NCBI RefSeq assembly: GCF_044704955.1
Contig: NW_027251843.1
Location: forward strand, 930,001-994,000
DNA: 64,000 nucleotides
Direction: 5' to 3'
From: Pristiophorus japonicus
Taxonomy: Eukaryota
The notes beneath the pieces are model-generated. The model had not been told where the DNA came from, did no database searches, and saw only the letters and a list, made by a program, of their open reading frames with translations. Within the stretch, counting starts at the first letter, position 1. Every line of letters starts with the position of its first letter. Positions 24,921 to 38,228 of this stretch are shown one piece after another. The position numbers were made by a program, and so were the translations under genes.

Positions 24921-25210
24921 ACTGAGCAGATCCAATACGTGGGAATACGGAGCGCAGTGTTGAACGACAGGACCTGGTGACCTGCTCACTGTTTCCATCC
25001 AGGTGCAGCAACACCTGGACCCTCCGATTCCCCCCATGGCCAAGTTCCCCAGCACACTGAGAGCTTCAGCCCGCACTTTATCACACGGCATCGCAGAGCG
25101 GTTGGATCCTTGCGTGGGTTTTGTCTACAAACAGTTGGATGGTGTCTGCTCTCAACTGGATTGTGTTCTTGGAGAGGGTCGACAGCGCCTCCTTCTGGTT
25201 CTGTGTTTCC

Positions 25211-25897
25211 CAACAACAACAACAACTTGTATTTATAGAGCGCCTTTAACGTAGTGAAACGTCCCATGGTGCTTCACAGGAGTATTATGCGATATAAATT
25301 TGAAACTGAGCAGCATAAATAGAAATTAGCGCAGGGCTTAGTCAAAGAGATAGAGTTTAAGGAGCATCTTGAAGGAGGAAAGAGAGGTAGAGAGGTGAAG
25401 AGGTTTAGGGAGGGAGTTCCAGAACTTGGGACCCAGGCAACAGAAGGCATGGCCACCAATGGTTAAGCGATTATAATCAGGGGGGCACAATTAGAGGAGC
25501 TCAGACATCTCGAGGGGGTTGTGGGGCTGGAGGAGATTACAGAGGTAGAGAGGGGCGAGGTCATGGAGCGATTCGAAAATAAGGATGTGAAATTTGAAAT
25601 CGAGGCGTTACTTAACCGGGAGCCAATGTAGGTCAGTGAGCACAGAGGTGATGGGTGAGCGGGACTTGGTGCGAGTTAGGACACGGGCAGCAGAGTTTAG
25701 GATCACCGCTAGTTTACGAAGGGTAGAATGTGGGAGGCCAGCCAGGAGTGCATTGGAATAGTCGAGTCCAGAGGTAACAAAGGCATGGATGAGGGTTTCA
25801 GCAGCGGAAGAGCTGAGGCAGGAGTGGTGACGGGCGAAGTTACGGAGATGGAAATAGATGGTCTTAGTTATGCTGCGTATGTGAGGTCGAAAGCTCA
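25211..25897 (-). mobile_element. L2-clade LINE 3' fragment
   Basis: AETLIHAFVTSGLDYSNALLAG...LHWLPV and a (TTG)n tail. Confidence 0.9.
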
Positions 25898-27037
25898 GAC
25901 TAATCAATGTGCCCGTCACTTTATGAGACCAGTAATGGGCTCCAGTTGTAATGTTGCCCAGGCCCGTGACACACAGCAACTGGACAAGTGTAGAGCAAAC
26001 ACCCCAACAATCTGCTCACCAGCGTGTCTGTGAGCTGCAGCTGTGAAACCCGTGGAGATTTGAACAGCTCTCCGAAGGAGGAAGCCACGGTGATTGGCTG
26101 ATAGTCTGGGACGGTAAGGATCGGAGCTGCCTGCCCTTCCACAATGCCAGGCAGGCTGAGGCCAGTGTATTTCACCATTGCTCTGGCCGGCAGGACAGCC
26201 TCCTTGTCGGACATGCCCAGGTCCATCATCTGGTCCCATCCCCCCCTTTTCACCGTGTCCTTACCGACTGTTTTATTATTGGTCGGAGCCAGTGGGTCCT
26301 TTAGTGCCCCCACACAGTCCATGCCCATCTCTGCTTCTCCATGTTTCACACCCAGCTGAGCAATCTCTCTGCTTGGATTTGCCGTGGGGAGCAGTACCAT
26401 TGAGCAGAGAAACATTAACACAGGGGTTGAGATGAATGAGCAGGGCGCAGAATAATAGCAGGAATAATGTTGTCACTGCCTCTGCCAACTCAGGCTTAGT
26501 TTTCAGACGGCAGCCAGGGATCGAAGGGTTAAATAGATTGAAGCTCTCTCCTCGTTGCTCTCTCAGGCACAAATGCACAGTCTGTAGCACTTTGCTGTGA
26601 TTGGTCCACCGCTGCGGTTTCTGTGTTGCCATGGTTTCCATTGTGAGGCCAGGGGACATGAGCCCTCAGTGGTGATGTGTCCTGCAGGGGGTCATGTGCC
26701 CATATAAGTCTTGCCCGCTGTGTGTGTCAGTTTAAGGTGGGTGTTGGGGGGTGGAGAGGGGTTGTGTTGGGGGCGGTGTTGGGGTTGGGAGAGGGGCAGT
26801 TTTGGAGGTGGATAGGTGAGTGTTGTGTGTAAGGTTACCAAACTTCAGAAAAGCACAGAAGGAGATCATGAACTAAAAATTGCTTAATACCAGCTTTTGG
26901 AATGAAGCTGGACAATTAATGACATTCTGTGGTCAGGGACCAAAACTGACTCCATGCATAACAAGAATGGAGTTGTTACATGAGGCCCTGAAGTTGATTG
27001 ACCAGGGTGGGGAAAACAAGCTCACTGGAGACACCAA

Positions 27038-29920
27038 GGGCTAGAACCTCCACTTTTGAGCTTAGCGCCCAAAACTGGGCGTGATTTCCGGCGTGGACGG
27101 TAAAAAAGGGTTTTTAGATCGCCGGCTTCTCGCCCATTCTCAAAACACTTAGTTTACATCTTTGAAAATGTGCGTTACCGCGAGTGATATCAAATGGGCA
27201 GTAGCGTTAAACTTTTCTGACCTTCTGTTGTGAAGTGTGGCCGTCCTTCGCAACAGCATGGCAATGGTCCATTCCCTCGATTCTGGAGGTCAAGGGTCAC
27301 CATGACATACGCAGAAGAGGAGACAGAGAGAGAGGGAGCTCAGAGGCACTGAAAGCGTGTGTGGCTGTGGTGTGTGTTTGTTTGGCTGTTGTGGGAGGCA
27401 CGAGGGAGATTCACCAGCAGCAAAAAGCGCACTAAGCACCAAGAACATAGTTGGCATCAAGTTTTTGTCCCACAAATAACATATAAAATGTAAGGGATAG
27501 AGGAGGCCCTGGAGCTGGTAGCCAGGAACACTGGTGGCAGAGGGCTCCCAGTGGTCCCGGAGAGCCGCACTGCACCCCAAGGTGACGCAACCCCATTGCC
27601 AACCACACATGAGAGCCAGGAGCAACATCTCGTTTCTGGCTCGAAGCACATTCCCACCTTGGGACCATCCTCTCCCATATCCGTCCAAGCAGTGCTTTGT
27701 CCATCACCACCCACCTCCCAATGAAGCATCGCCTGAGAACCTCCACGGTCAGGCGGCTTGGAGTCAGGCGGGGAAGGGAAATGGGTAGAGTTGGGGAGGA
27801 GAAGCGGGGTGGGTGGGGGAAAGGTTGGTTTGTACAGAAATACTGATGATTTCAGACTATTGTTCGGTTTAAATGTTTTTTATTGAACAAAACCTTGCAG
27901 CACATTGGCTCAGATAGCTGTACCGTTACACGCTGGTGATTCGTTAACATCAAAGGATATAATCAAAGTAAACTTTTTAACGGTCACCAAGGTGATGCCC
28001 ACGATTAATTTATGACCTGCACACACAGCAGTGTGTCAGCCGTGGAAATAACACCAACGTTCTTTCAGGCAAAGCGATTATTGATGAGCTCCTGGCGTAA
28101 GGCTCTTGCAGCTATCATGCCACCATGGGCCCTTTCATGCGGTCTACAGAAGGGCGGGGGCATGGCTTCAGCGTCAGCCTGATTGTCTGACCCGATGTCG
28201 GCGTCCGCCTCCTCGTCCTCCTCTTCCTCTCTCTGGTGAGGTGGACTGTCAGGCTCATCAGGCAATTCTTGTCCCCTCCTGATAGCCAAGTTGTGCAGCA
28301 TGGAGCACATCACCATGAATTGAGCTACCTGCTCGGGGTGGTATTGAGGCTCACCACCTGAGTGGTCCAGGCATCTAAAGCTCTGCTTCAGCACTCCAAT
28401 GGTTTTGCGAGTTGCTCTGTGGCTCTCATTGTATCACTTCTCAGCCTCAGTGTGGGTGTCACGCAGGAGGGTCATCAGCCAGGTGGCGAGGCCATATCCT
28501 TTGTCCCCAAGCATCCAGTATGGACCTTGTAGCTCATTGTTAAACAAGTCAGATACAATGCTCTCACGCAGGATGTGTGCAGCATGGATGCTGCCCAGAA
28601 ATTGAGCATTCACTGCCAGTATAATTTGCTGGTGGTCGATAACCAGCTGGACATTCAGGGAGTGGAATCCTTGCGGTTCCTGAAAACCTCAGCATCCTGA
28701 AAAGGTGCCCACATCGCGATGTGCGTACAGTCTATTGCTCCCTGCACCTTGGGGACGTTTGAAATTCTGGAGAAATCTCGAACCCTCTCACTCTGTGCCT
28801 CCCTGGTCATAGGGAAGCTGATCAAGTCCCTCCTGCGTGCGTACAGGGCTTCAGTGACCTGTCTAATGCAGCAATGTGTGGCATGCTGAGAAAGTCTGCA
28901 AATGTCGCCAGCTGTGGCCTGAAAAGAACCCGAGGCATAGAACGATAGTGGCGTGGTGACTTTGACCTCGACGGACAGTGCAGTTCTGATGGTGCTGGTA
29001 GGCTGTAGGCCTGCCCTTATCAGCTGGCATACCTCAGTGATAACCTCTTTGTGGAAGCGCAGTCTCCGAAGGCAGGTGGTGTCGGGCAAGTCGAGGTAAG
29101 AATGCTTCTCCTTGTACTTGCGGGGGTGTAACGTCTGGTCCTCCTCATCTGACTGTTATTTCGTACATTGGGCACATAATGCAATGTCGCGTTCCTTCAG
29201 TGATGTTGAGTCTGCTGCTTATATTTGGTCACCAAGAGAGGGTGAGAAAGGACAGGCCCCATTGCAGTAGCTCTCTGTCTGTCACCAATTGCACACAAGC
29301 AAAGAATGTCCCGACGAGCACACCTCTTCAATTCTAATCGGTCACAGTGTGGTCAAGATGTCTTCAGAGATGTTCACATCAACTCCAACGACCTGCAGAG
29401 TACATCTGAACTCCGCCGAGGTGAAAGGACGCGACATGTGATCAACATCACGGCGTCCAGAACGCTGTGATTCGTTCTGGTTAGTTCCACTTTTTGTGGG
29501 CGGTTTTTTGAGCGAGCGATATTGTGGGCGATATGTGTACGAGGTGGTGAAATTGACGGTGGGTGATCTCCATGGCCGTTACTTTGGGTAAATATGCTGT
29601 TCATGACAAAAAACAGTCGCCGGGTGTTAATATTGAATCTCGGCATTAATTCCATGAGGAAAGTAACGCTGGGTGATACTATGGGCGCTGAATTTGCCCA
29701 TTCTGCTGATTCCGCCCCAAAAAAGTAGGTGGGCGATAATATTTATTCTCTGCGTTAAGCCCATTGGGAAAGTAACGCTCGGCGACAAGTCTCCTAAAAA
29801 AGCCTGTCAGTTTCCATTTTTTGCCAAAATGGGTGATATCTGGGCGTTATATGTCATTTCAGTGGTAAAATGGGTGTTAAGTGGGCATTAAACAGGCAAT
29901 AAAAGAGGAGGTTCTAGCCC
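27038..29920 (-). mobile_element. PIF/Harbinger DNA transposon, degenerate
   Basis: 20-bp TIRs gggctagaacctcc(a/t)ctttt (19/20 match); 3-bp TSD CAA at 27035-27037 and 29921-29923; transposase remnant inside. Confidence 0.92.
28065..29262 (-). pseudogene. Harbinger (HARBI1-like) DDE transposase, disrupted
   Basis: GAIDCTHI, FRNRK, LGDKGY, GVLKQSFRCL and CSMLHNLA motifs across frameshifts. Confidence 0.9.
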
Positions 29921-30590
29921 CAAATCTGTAAAAGGACCTGACAACAAAGGAACCACAACAGTTGCACATTTTTTAGGATGAGGTGTTAAGATGAGAAATC
30001 AACTTGAGCCTTGCAGACTCAGTGTGCAAATGGGAAAACAGACGAGTTCATTATTGTAATCAATCAAACAAGAGAACCACAAAACAATGTATTGATGCAA
30101 ACACTTTATCAGAAAGCGCAGTGGCGGGAGATCAGTCATAACCTGGATATAAATATGTGAGCTAGAAGCAGCTCAGCAGGAGATGGAAGAAGGACAGGAA
30201 CAGACGGAAGAAGAAGCACACAGGAGAAGTAGAAGGACACATGTACCGATGGACACAGGTCGAAAGCACGAACAGACGAATGGACGGAGGAACATGTTGT
30301 ATGGAACGTACACAGAAGTAACAGCACTGCAGAGAACGGCCAGAAGAAGAACCAACCGGTCACGGAACCAATGACCACGAACCTACAATAGCTACAGCCA
30401 GGAAGGGCAATTGTATGATTTCAGTCGATTTCTCTCAGAAGTCTAGTCCTGTAGTTTTCGACGGTTTCTGTGCACAATAAAACTGACACTGGGTGAAGCC
30501 TAAATGTTGTGCCACATGTTGTCCTTTCCCACTACAAGTTCCCAGGTCGAAGAATCAGAGTAGAGTGAAAAATAAACTACCTACAGAAAT

Positions 30591-30608
30591 TGGTGACCGC
30601 AGCAGGAC
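30591..30608 (+). promoter_or_regulatory. Primer-binding site, tRNA-Arg type
   Basis: TGGTGACCGCAGCAGGAC vs the recalled complement of a vertebrate tRNA-Arg(CCG/TCG) 3' end, TGGCGACCGCGGCAGGAC: 16/18, both mismatches CpG transitions; lies 5 nt after the LTR end. Confidence 0.7.
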
Positions 30609-30699
30609 CTCGGCTTTGGGAATCGTATCACGGACACATACCAGAGCAAAAACCCCGAGGGAGGCTTGGTTATGTCAAAGGTCGGCTAAGGTGGTCGAA

Positions 30700-31370
30700 A
30701 AGGATCTTCTCCAGGGCGACTAGGGCGACCAGGAGAGTAACAGGGTCTGATAGGCTTGAGTCGTCTCCGTCGATTAGGGTAGCCACTGAGAAAAGAAGTC
30801 TCAGGTAGCTGCTCAGTGGTCTGAGGGAGACCATTGTACTCTCAAGGGCGGCTAGGGCAGCCAGCAGAGGAAGGAACAGTCTTGGGTAGGCTGGAATAAT
30901 CCCAGGTTGACTAAAGTAGCCACCGAGAAAGCCGCAGGTAGTCTGCGAAGGGGTCTCAGGGAGACCAAGGGAATCTCAAGGGGGACCAGGAGTAGCCGAA
31001 GAGCTCCGACTGACTAGGGCAGCCACCGGGTGAAGTAATCGCAGGTAGTCTGCACAGGGGTCTCAGGGAGGCCAGGGATAATCTCACGGGCGGCCAGGGC
31101 AGCCTGAGGAGAGAAACAGTCTCGGATAGGCTGGAATAATCTCGGGTTGACTGGGGTAGTCACAGAGAAAAGCCAATATTGCCACGGGTAGTCTCAGGGA
31201 GGCCAAGGGTGATCTCAAGGGCGACTAGGGGACCAGGAGAGAAAGTCTCTGACAGGCCGAAGTAGTCTCGGGTTGACTAGGGTAGCCACAGAGAGAAGCC
31301 AGAGTAACAGGAACCGCAGGTCACTGCGAGGTGGTCTCAGGGGACACCAAGGTAGTCAGGGAGAATTTCT
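30700..31370 (+). repeat. Diverged ~120-bp repeats in the retroviral leader
   Basis: Recurrent 'gactagggtagccac...ggtctcagggag(a/g)ccaaggg..tctcaagggcg', 5-6 times. Confidence 0.7.
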
Positions 31371-31388
31371 CAGCCAGAGGCACTGGAA

Positions 31389-33049
31389 ATGGACTCACCG
31401 CAGCAAAACGTGGCAGAGTCCGCGGGTAAGAGCAGTCGTAGGGAGTCCATGGAGGCTAAGGTAGCTGGATATATAGGCAATAAATTGAACATTTCAGGGC
31501 CATGGGCACGGGAAATGCTGCACTCTGGGGATCCGCAGGAACAAACAGCAGAGTGGACAGTCAGTAGTAACCACAAAGGGTCAAAAGAGAAGGAGGTTTG
31601 GCTCATGTGCCTGCAGAAGCAGACACAACTGTTAAGAGAAAGGATAGGAAAGCTGGAGAAGGAGAATAAAGGGTTAAAGGGCGAGGTAGGCAGTTTGGAG
31701 AAGGAAAGGCAGGACCAGGGTGACAAGGAAGAAACGGCACGGAATCACTTTGAGTATTTACAATGCCAGGTGACCGAGTGCAAAAAGCAGCAGCAGACCC
31801 ACATTGAACAAAGTGAAAGGCATTTAGAAAGAGCCAAAGAGGCAGAGGACCAGCTCAGGAGAGTCGATAGCCTATCAGGTAGCTCAGAAACAGGGTTACG
31901 CAAGAGCAGATCACGGACCTTGTAAGGAAAAGATCCACCAATTAACGGCAGAGTTAGACGGGACCAAAGGGATGGTTTGTCTCAGGGCACCCGGAACAGG
32001 TGAGGAAGATTGGGATCCAGAGGGGAAAGAGTCAGACGATGGGCCCGAGTATCGCGAGCATCGGCCGGCTCCTGAGGCACCGGGACCCCTGAAACCGATG
32101 TGTCCTTTGAGACAGCAGAAATTCAGCCCACCCCCACCAAATGGTGGTCCGGCACCATTACAGAGCGACTAGTGATCCCATACACACCGCTTCAGCTGCA
32201 AGAGATGCTGACGGGTGTAGTATAGTTAAAGCAAGGAGGAGATGTCTCTGTTCATTTTGCTAATATAGAGCAGATAGGGGGTATCAATAACTGCAGCGAG
32301 GAGGAGAAAGTGAAGCTAACACTGCTCTCGCTGGAGGGGAAGCTTTATCAGAGCTTGTCGACAGCCACCAAGTTAGGTGCAGGAACCCCACAGGGCTTAA
32401 AGGAGCAAATGATGGCAGTGCTCGGGTACAGTCAGGGTAGTCCGTTCTGGCAGGTAGAACAGACTAGGCAGCAAGTAAACGAATCACCCGATACGTTTGC
32501 AGACAGACTGTGGGCGATTTATTCAGGGCCGCTGGAGGAAATCTGGTACGGGCAGATTTAATAGGGGAACCCAGGGACCATTGGCTGAGAACCGTAATGG
32601 TAACAGTTTGCCACGGCTCAGAGCAAAGGTTGAAGCATGGTTTGACCCAGACCATCTCCAGAATACAGAGGCAGGGGTGCTGAGAAGACTAACTCTAGCT
32701 TTAAGTCTAGGCAAGGGGAGGAGGAGAAACTAAACGGGAAGGTGCACGAAGTAAAAGGAGAGGTTCGGCCATAGAAAGAATGGAGACAAGAGGGAGGTAA
32801 TGCGGGTCGATCTAAAGGTGAGTGTTTTAACTGTGGGAAGTTGGGAGACTGGAGCAAGGATTGTAGGCTCTCTAAAGGAGGGAAGCCAGGGTACGAGGTG
32901 CTGAGGCAGGAAAAGGCCAGAAGAAGGTAGCCGACGACCCAGTGCAGGTTTTAGTGGCCGCATTACAGCAGGTTATGGGCACGGGTGGAGGAAAGCTGGA
33001 CGCAGCAGTGGGAGAAAAGGGACCCAATGTGTTGGCACCCCCTCTGTGA
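31389..33049 (+). pseudogene. gag: gag with N-terminal coiled coil, frameshifted
   Basis: Matches the left-arm gag; stop TGA at 33047-33049 is in frame with the protease. Confidence 0.8.
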
Positions 33050-36000
33050 CGGTGCACCCAGCCAGAATACCTGTGTCTGCTCATATATGATGGGTGGGGC
33101 AGGCCATGTGTGGATGTGAAGGTGGAAACAGTTAGGGGAAGGGATCTAGTAGATACAGGAGCCTCTAGCACGGTTGTCCACTCACCGAATCCGACCACTT
33201 CCCCGTGGTCGAGCAGAGTACCATTTACACTGGTGGGTTTTACGGGTAATGAGCAGGCTGGGGCAGTGTGGAAACCCTTAACCGTAGAGTTAGGACCGAA
33301 CATAATGAAATGGGAGGGCATTTTAATGAAGTGGGAACAGCCCGGTTCGGGAGTTCTCGGGGCCGACTACATGTTGACACACCACACCATAGTGGATATG
33401 GAAAACAATTGTCTATGGGGGGCATTTGATGCAGATAATATGGGAGAGATCGTAGTGATTCCCAGGGACAGTACAGACAAAGGCAGCACCTGCACGATGA
33501 AGCCGAAAGGGAGTTATGACTGAGAACGATTAGTCGATAACATTCCGGCCCGGTATCAAGGTATGTACGGGAGAATATGGATGCGTTTGCAATGCACAAG
33601 CACGATTGCGGGATAGTATCTGGGGTAGAGGTGAAGATAGATGGGGATCCGATGACACGACCCCAGAAACAGTATAATTTTCCCCGGGAAGCAGAAAGTG
33701 ATTTGGAAACTGCTATAAATTCCCTGGTGGATCAAGGTGCGTTGAGGACCATAGCCACACATGTAAACTCACCCCTATGGCCAGTAAAGAAGCCCGATAA
33801 CTCATGGAGGGCCACGGTAGATGACCGAATCCTGAATAAAAAATATTCCAGCCTGTGCGCCCACGGTAGCAGTGGTAGCGGATTTGATCGGGAGTATCCC
33901 TGCGGCCACAACAACTTTCACAGTGCGGGACATTTCAAACGGGTTTTGGTCCATTCCGCTGAGACGGGAGGACCAGTATAAATCTACCTTTACCTTTAAA
34001 GGTCAGCAGTATACGTGGACATGTCTTCCACAAGGGTTTCACAACAGTCCCTCGATCTTCCACCAGAGTATGGCCGAGGCATTAAACGGTTTTAGTCAGC
34101 CAGATCGGTTGGTCCAATACGTGGACGACCTGTTGTTATTCTCCGAAAGTGCGGAGGACCACGGGCCATTATTCAGTGAGTTACTGCATTTGTTGAAAGA
34201 AGCAGATTTTAAAGTCAGTCCCAAGAAAGTTCAAATAGGCAAAGAGGAGGTGCAGTTTCTAGGTTTGACCATTGGGGCAGGAGAAAGGGCCATAGATAGA
34301 GCTAAGAGAAAGTCAGTCCAGGAACTACCTGTTCCTAAGGACGTGTCTGGAGTAAGGTCTTTCCTGGGAAAAAGGGTTACTGCAGGGAATTCATAGAGGA
34401 TTATGTAACCGTGGCAGCTCCTTTGTTGAGGCTTCTTCGGAAAGGAGTAGAGTGGGAATGGAGTGAGACTTGTCAGGAAACTTTCATTTGGTTAAAAGCG
34501 GTGTTACAGACAGCACCAGCATCGAGAGCAGTAAATGGGGACCAGGATTTTAGTCTGGAGGTAGCAATGACTGGGGACAGTTTGAGTGCAGTGTTATTCC
34601 AGGAGCGACACGACAAGCTGAGACCAGTGGCCTACGCCTCCCGAGATCTCATCGAAATAGAAAAGAGCTTTTCGAATTGCGAACGACATCTGTTAGCAAC
34701 ATTTTGGGCAGTGAAGCATTTTCGGTCGCTCACAGGGTTAGCTACAGTAACTTTACTGACCTGTCACACCACGACACAAGTGTTACTGGATGGTAGAATG
34801 AAAGATGGGACAGTGCGCAGTAACAGGATTGCCCGCTGGACATTGTTGCTTACTCAGTTAGACCTGAAGGTCGAGAGGTCAGGAGAACCAAAGCTCGCCC
34901 CGAGCCTGGTTTATCCGGGAGCAGCTCATGTGTGTTCAGTGGAAGGAGTGTGGGATGTAGATGTGGGATTCTGAGCAGGAGAACACCTGACAGGCAGGGA
35001 CGTCTATGTAGATGGGTCTAGTTCAGTAATAAACAGAGAGAGAAAGACAGGCTGTGGGATTTACGATCCAGAGGCAGTGATGGAGAAAGCCATAAAATCC
35101 CCAACACTTTAAGTACGCAGCAGACCGAGCTAGCAGCAGTAGCGTATGTAGTCACACACCCGAACGAATTCCCAACTCCCTATACGATATGTTCAGACTC
35201 CATGTTCATTTCTAACTCCTGAACAGAGTATTTAGCCATATTGGCGAGGCGAGGGTTTAAGTCCTCAGATGGAAAATGGTTGGTGATGGTTCCATTGTTA
35301 AAAGTCATTTTGCACGTCAAGGGTACGGACCAGAAGGGTGACGACATCCAAAAGGTCAAAGCACACTCTAAGACAGAGCCCAAGTGGGAAGGGAATGAGA
35401 AAGCAGACACACTGGCTAAAACAGGGGCAGGAGAAGAGACACCTTGGGACCCATATCACTGTGGACAGATCACGGCTGTAACAGGCAGAGAGAGGCCCAA
35501 AGAAGTCCCATTGCCGCCTGATTTAAAACAGGCTCAGCTACGGGATGCAAACCTTAGAGCAGCGATTAGGGACAAAATAGACGGGAAGTCTGCAGTGGGA
35601 CCTTTGGGAGCTGCAGACATAGCAGTAAAGCAAGGAATGTTGTTCAAGGGAGATAGTTGGATCGTGCCAGGGCAGTGCAGGGAAGAATTCTTGCAGCTGG
35701 TGCATGTGGGTCCAGGAGCTGGACATCCAGGGCCAGAAACAATGTGGAATAAAGTAGAAGCCGTGGGATGGTGGCCCGGGCTTAGAAGTGATGTCAGGGA
35801 TTATTGCCAGAATTGTCTGGTATGTGCCACAAACAATCCAGACCCCCACCGAGGAAGGCTCCATTGGGACACACGAGGAGGGTAGAGGGGCCATGGCAGT
35901 CTATACAGATAGATTTAATTGGGTCACTGCCCACCTCAGGCAGAGGCAATAAATATTGCTTATGTTAATACATCTCTTTACAAAATGGGTTGAAGCTTTT

Positions 36001-36854
36001 CCATGTCGGGCGGCCACCGCGATAGTCACAGCAAAGGTTCTGGTGCGAGAAGTATTTTCTCAATGGGGACTGCCCCTGATAGTGGAATCAGATCAAGGGA
36101 GTCATTTCACCGGAGCAGTAATGCAGGCCACCCTAAAGCTGTTAGGGATACAGGGGAAATGGCATGTGGCGTATAACCCCCAATCGTTAGATCCAGTAGA
36201 GGACAAACCGGACCTTAAAAGAGAGGCTTAGGAAGGAAATAGGAGATACCCCGAAGAAATGGGGTGAGACCCTACCCCGAATACTGATGAGCCACTGAGC
36301 CAGTCTCTCTAAGAGTACGGGACACTCCCCACATGTGATGATGACAGGGAGACTAATGATGACCCCGACCCATATCCTAGCACCAGTCCTGACTGAAACG
36401 CAGGTTAAAGAGATCACATGGGGCAGGTTTGTTAGATCTGTATGGTACTCTGAAGGGGCTGCATTGGGAAGCAGCTAACAATATGGGCAGGCAGCACCAG
36501 CAGAATAAACTGCTGCTGGAACTCTGGGTTACACAGGAATGGAGGGCAGGAGATCAGGTAATGGTCAGGAATTATGCCAGAATAGGGGCATTTGAACCAT
36601 TGTACAAAGGATCATATAGCATTGTAGACAAGGCAAGCCCTATGGTGTACATGATCCAGCTGCCAAAACATATAAAATGGTTCCATATAAACCAGTGTAA
36701 GCTGTACAACCCCGGAGAGAAACGTAAAAAGTGGGCCAAGGCCCCACGAACAATAATGAGTTTGATCAGTGTAAGCCTCCCACCAATACTGTGGGATGAT
36801 GAGGATGGAGAAGTAAGGGACGGAGCAGTAAGGTGGAGTGGTCAGGTACTGTGA
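33050..36854 (+). pseudogene. pol: pol (PR-RT-tether-RNase H-IN) of a lokiretrovirus-like element, disrupted
   Basis: DTGASS, YVDD, RPVAY tether, second RNase H and integrase motifs in ORF fragments from 33110 to 36854. Confidence 0.9.
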
Positions 36855-37076
36855 CCTAGGGTGCCCTGGACACCTCCTCCATCTCCACCCCCGAGCCTCT
36901 GTAAGCCCAAGCATTGGGATAAAAGGAGAGGGAAGCAGTGGTTGTAAAAAGGAGTTACGTACATTTGTGAATAACTGAAGGAGGACCTGTGAGGGGGAGG
37001 CCCCACAGAGCAAAGGTATTTCTTTAATTTTTGTCTTTATAGGAGCGAATCGAGCCAAGGGTACGAGAGGAGGTGG

Positions 37077-38228
37077 ACGTTGTGGATAGGCCTGTGGATG
37101 GCCATTATTATTAAAGGATTGGGAGATCGGGGAGACACCGAGACATTCCTTACACACGGGTGTATGGGAGGAACCGGCCCCACTGTAACTCAAGGGGGAG
37201 CCATACGGAGCAACAAGGGCACAAACACCGATGCTCACACTGGGAGCTGGCCAGGGTGGTTGGGGTCAAATTCGACCAAGTACTCCAGACAAACCGAGGG
37301 TAAACTTGGGGAGGTGTCAGTGTCCTGCCCCAGGCTAAACATCACGGCCAGGAATGTACGGGTGAGAGAGGGGAGACGAGTTTGTCTGGAATGTAAAGGG
37401 ATTACCCCCATGGGAGGGTGGTGGTGGTTACAGAAAACAGACAGGAGAAAAGTTAATGCATCCACAGAATGGGAGAAACTGGGTAATAACTCAAACAGGC
37501 GGAGCACAGGAACAAGAGAAGGGGTGAAATTGTGTTGGGAAAAGTGGTGGAAGGAGGAATAAGGGATTTATGTCTGTGTGGTTGGATCTAGCCAGAAATG
37601 CAGGGGAGGTGTGGGGATTGTTTTTAAACGACAATGACAGGATTTCGGGTCAGGAATGAATTGGACGCAGGGTTTTGATTCCTGTGTGACCTTGACCAAA
37701 GGCAGTAAATGTGACCAAACTGATCGCAAGCAGATTAAAACCTCTCCCGAAAATGCTGACAGATTCTTCCTTTTGTTTCAAACCCCAGGTAGAGGCACAG
37801 TTTGCACAAGAAAGGATAATTCCTATCTCAGACCACAAACATATCTATATTACAGTCAATGATACGTTACGAACCTCCAGGGATACATATCGCGTGTTGG
37901 ATACTATATCCCACTGTTCCTCGAACATTTGACTGAACTGTTAAAGAACATCGAGTTGTCCCACAAACATTATTACACGTCACACCAAAAGAACGAAAAA
38001 GTAAGGGAGGAAATTGAGGAAATGATTGCCCCTCCACAGTGGGATGTGGGACTCAATATTGAGATCCCATCCTGGGTTCAAATTGTATCACACTTGTTAG
38101 TAATTGTACAGTTGGTAATAGTGTTGTATCTATTCGTCTTGTCCTGTTAACTAAAGCAAAAGATGAGGGAAGGGAATCTTGAAGGGTTATTAAAATCAAC
38201 CAAGGCGCAAGTGTTTGTAAAAGTATAA
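37077..38228 (+). pseudogene. env: Env-position Ig-domain membrane protein (start ATG>ACG, internal stop at 37560)
   Basis: Paralog of 15860-17010; splice acceptor 'ttttgtctttatag' near 37042. Confidence 0.7.

Larger units (their letters stand above)
26828..30585 (+). repeat. LTR type 1 (~870 bp, split by Harbinger: 26828-27037 + 29924-30585)
   Basis: TGTAAGG start; TATA 'gatataaata' near 30147; AATAAA at 30476; ends CTACA; followed by a PBS. The start coordinate is inferred from similarity to LTR type 2. Confidence 0.65.

Noticed and set aside
26616-26645. RSS-like GGTTTCTGT...CATTGTG oriented like a kappa-deleting element
   Set aside because: Spacer is 14 nt (not 12 or 23 +/-1), no J-like FGxG follows, and the ~24-kb distance from Ck is inflated by transposon insertions.
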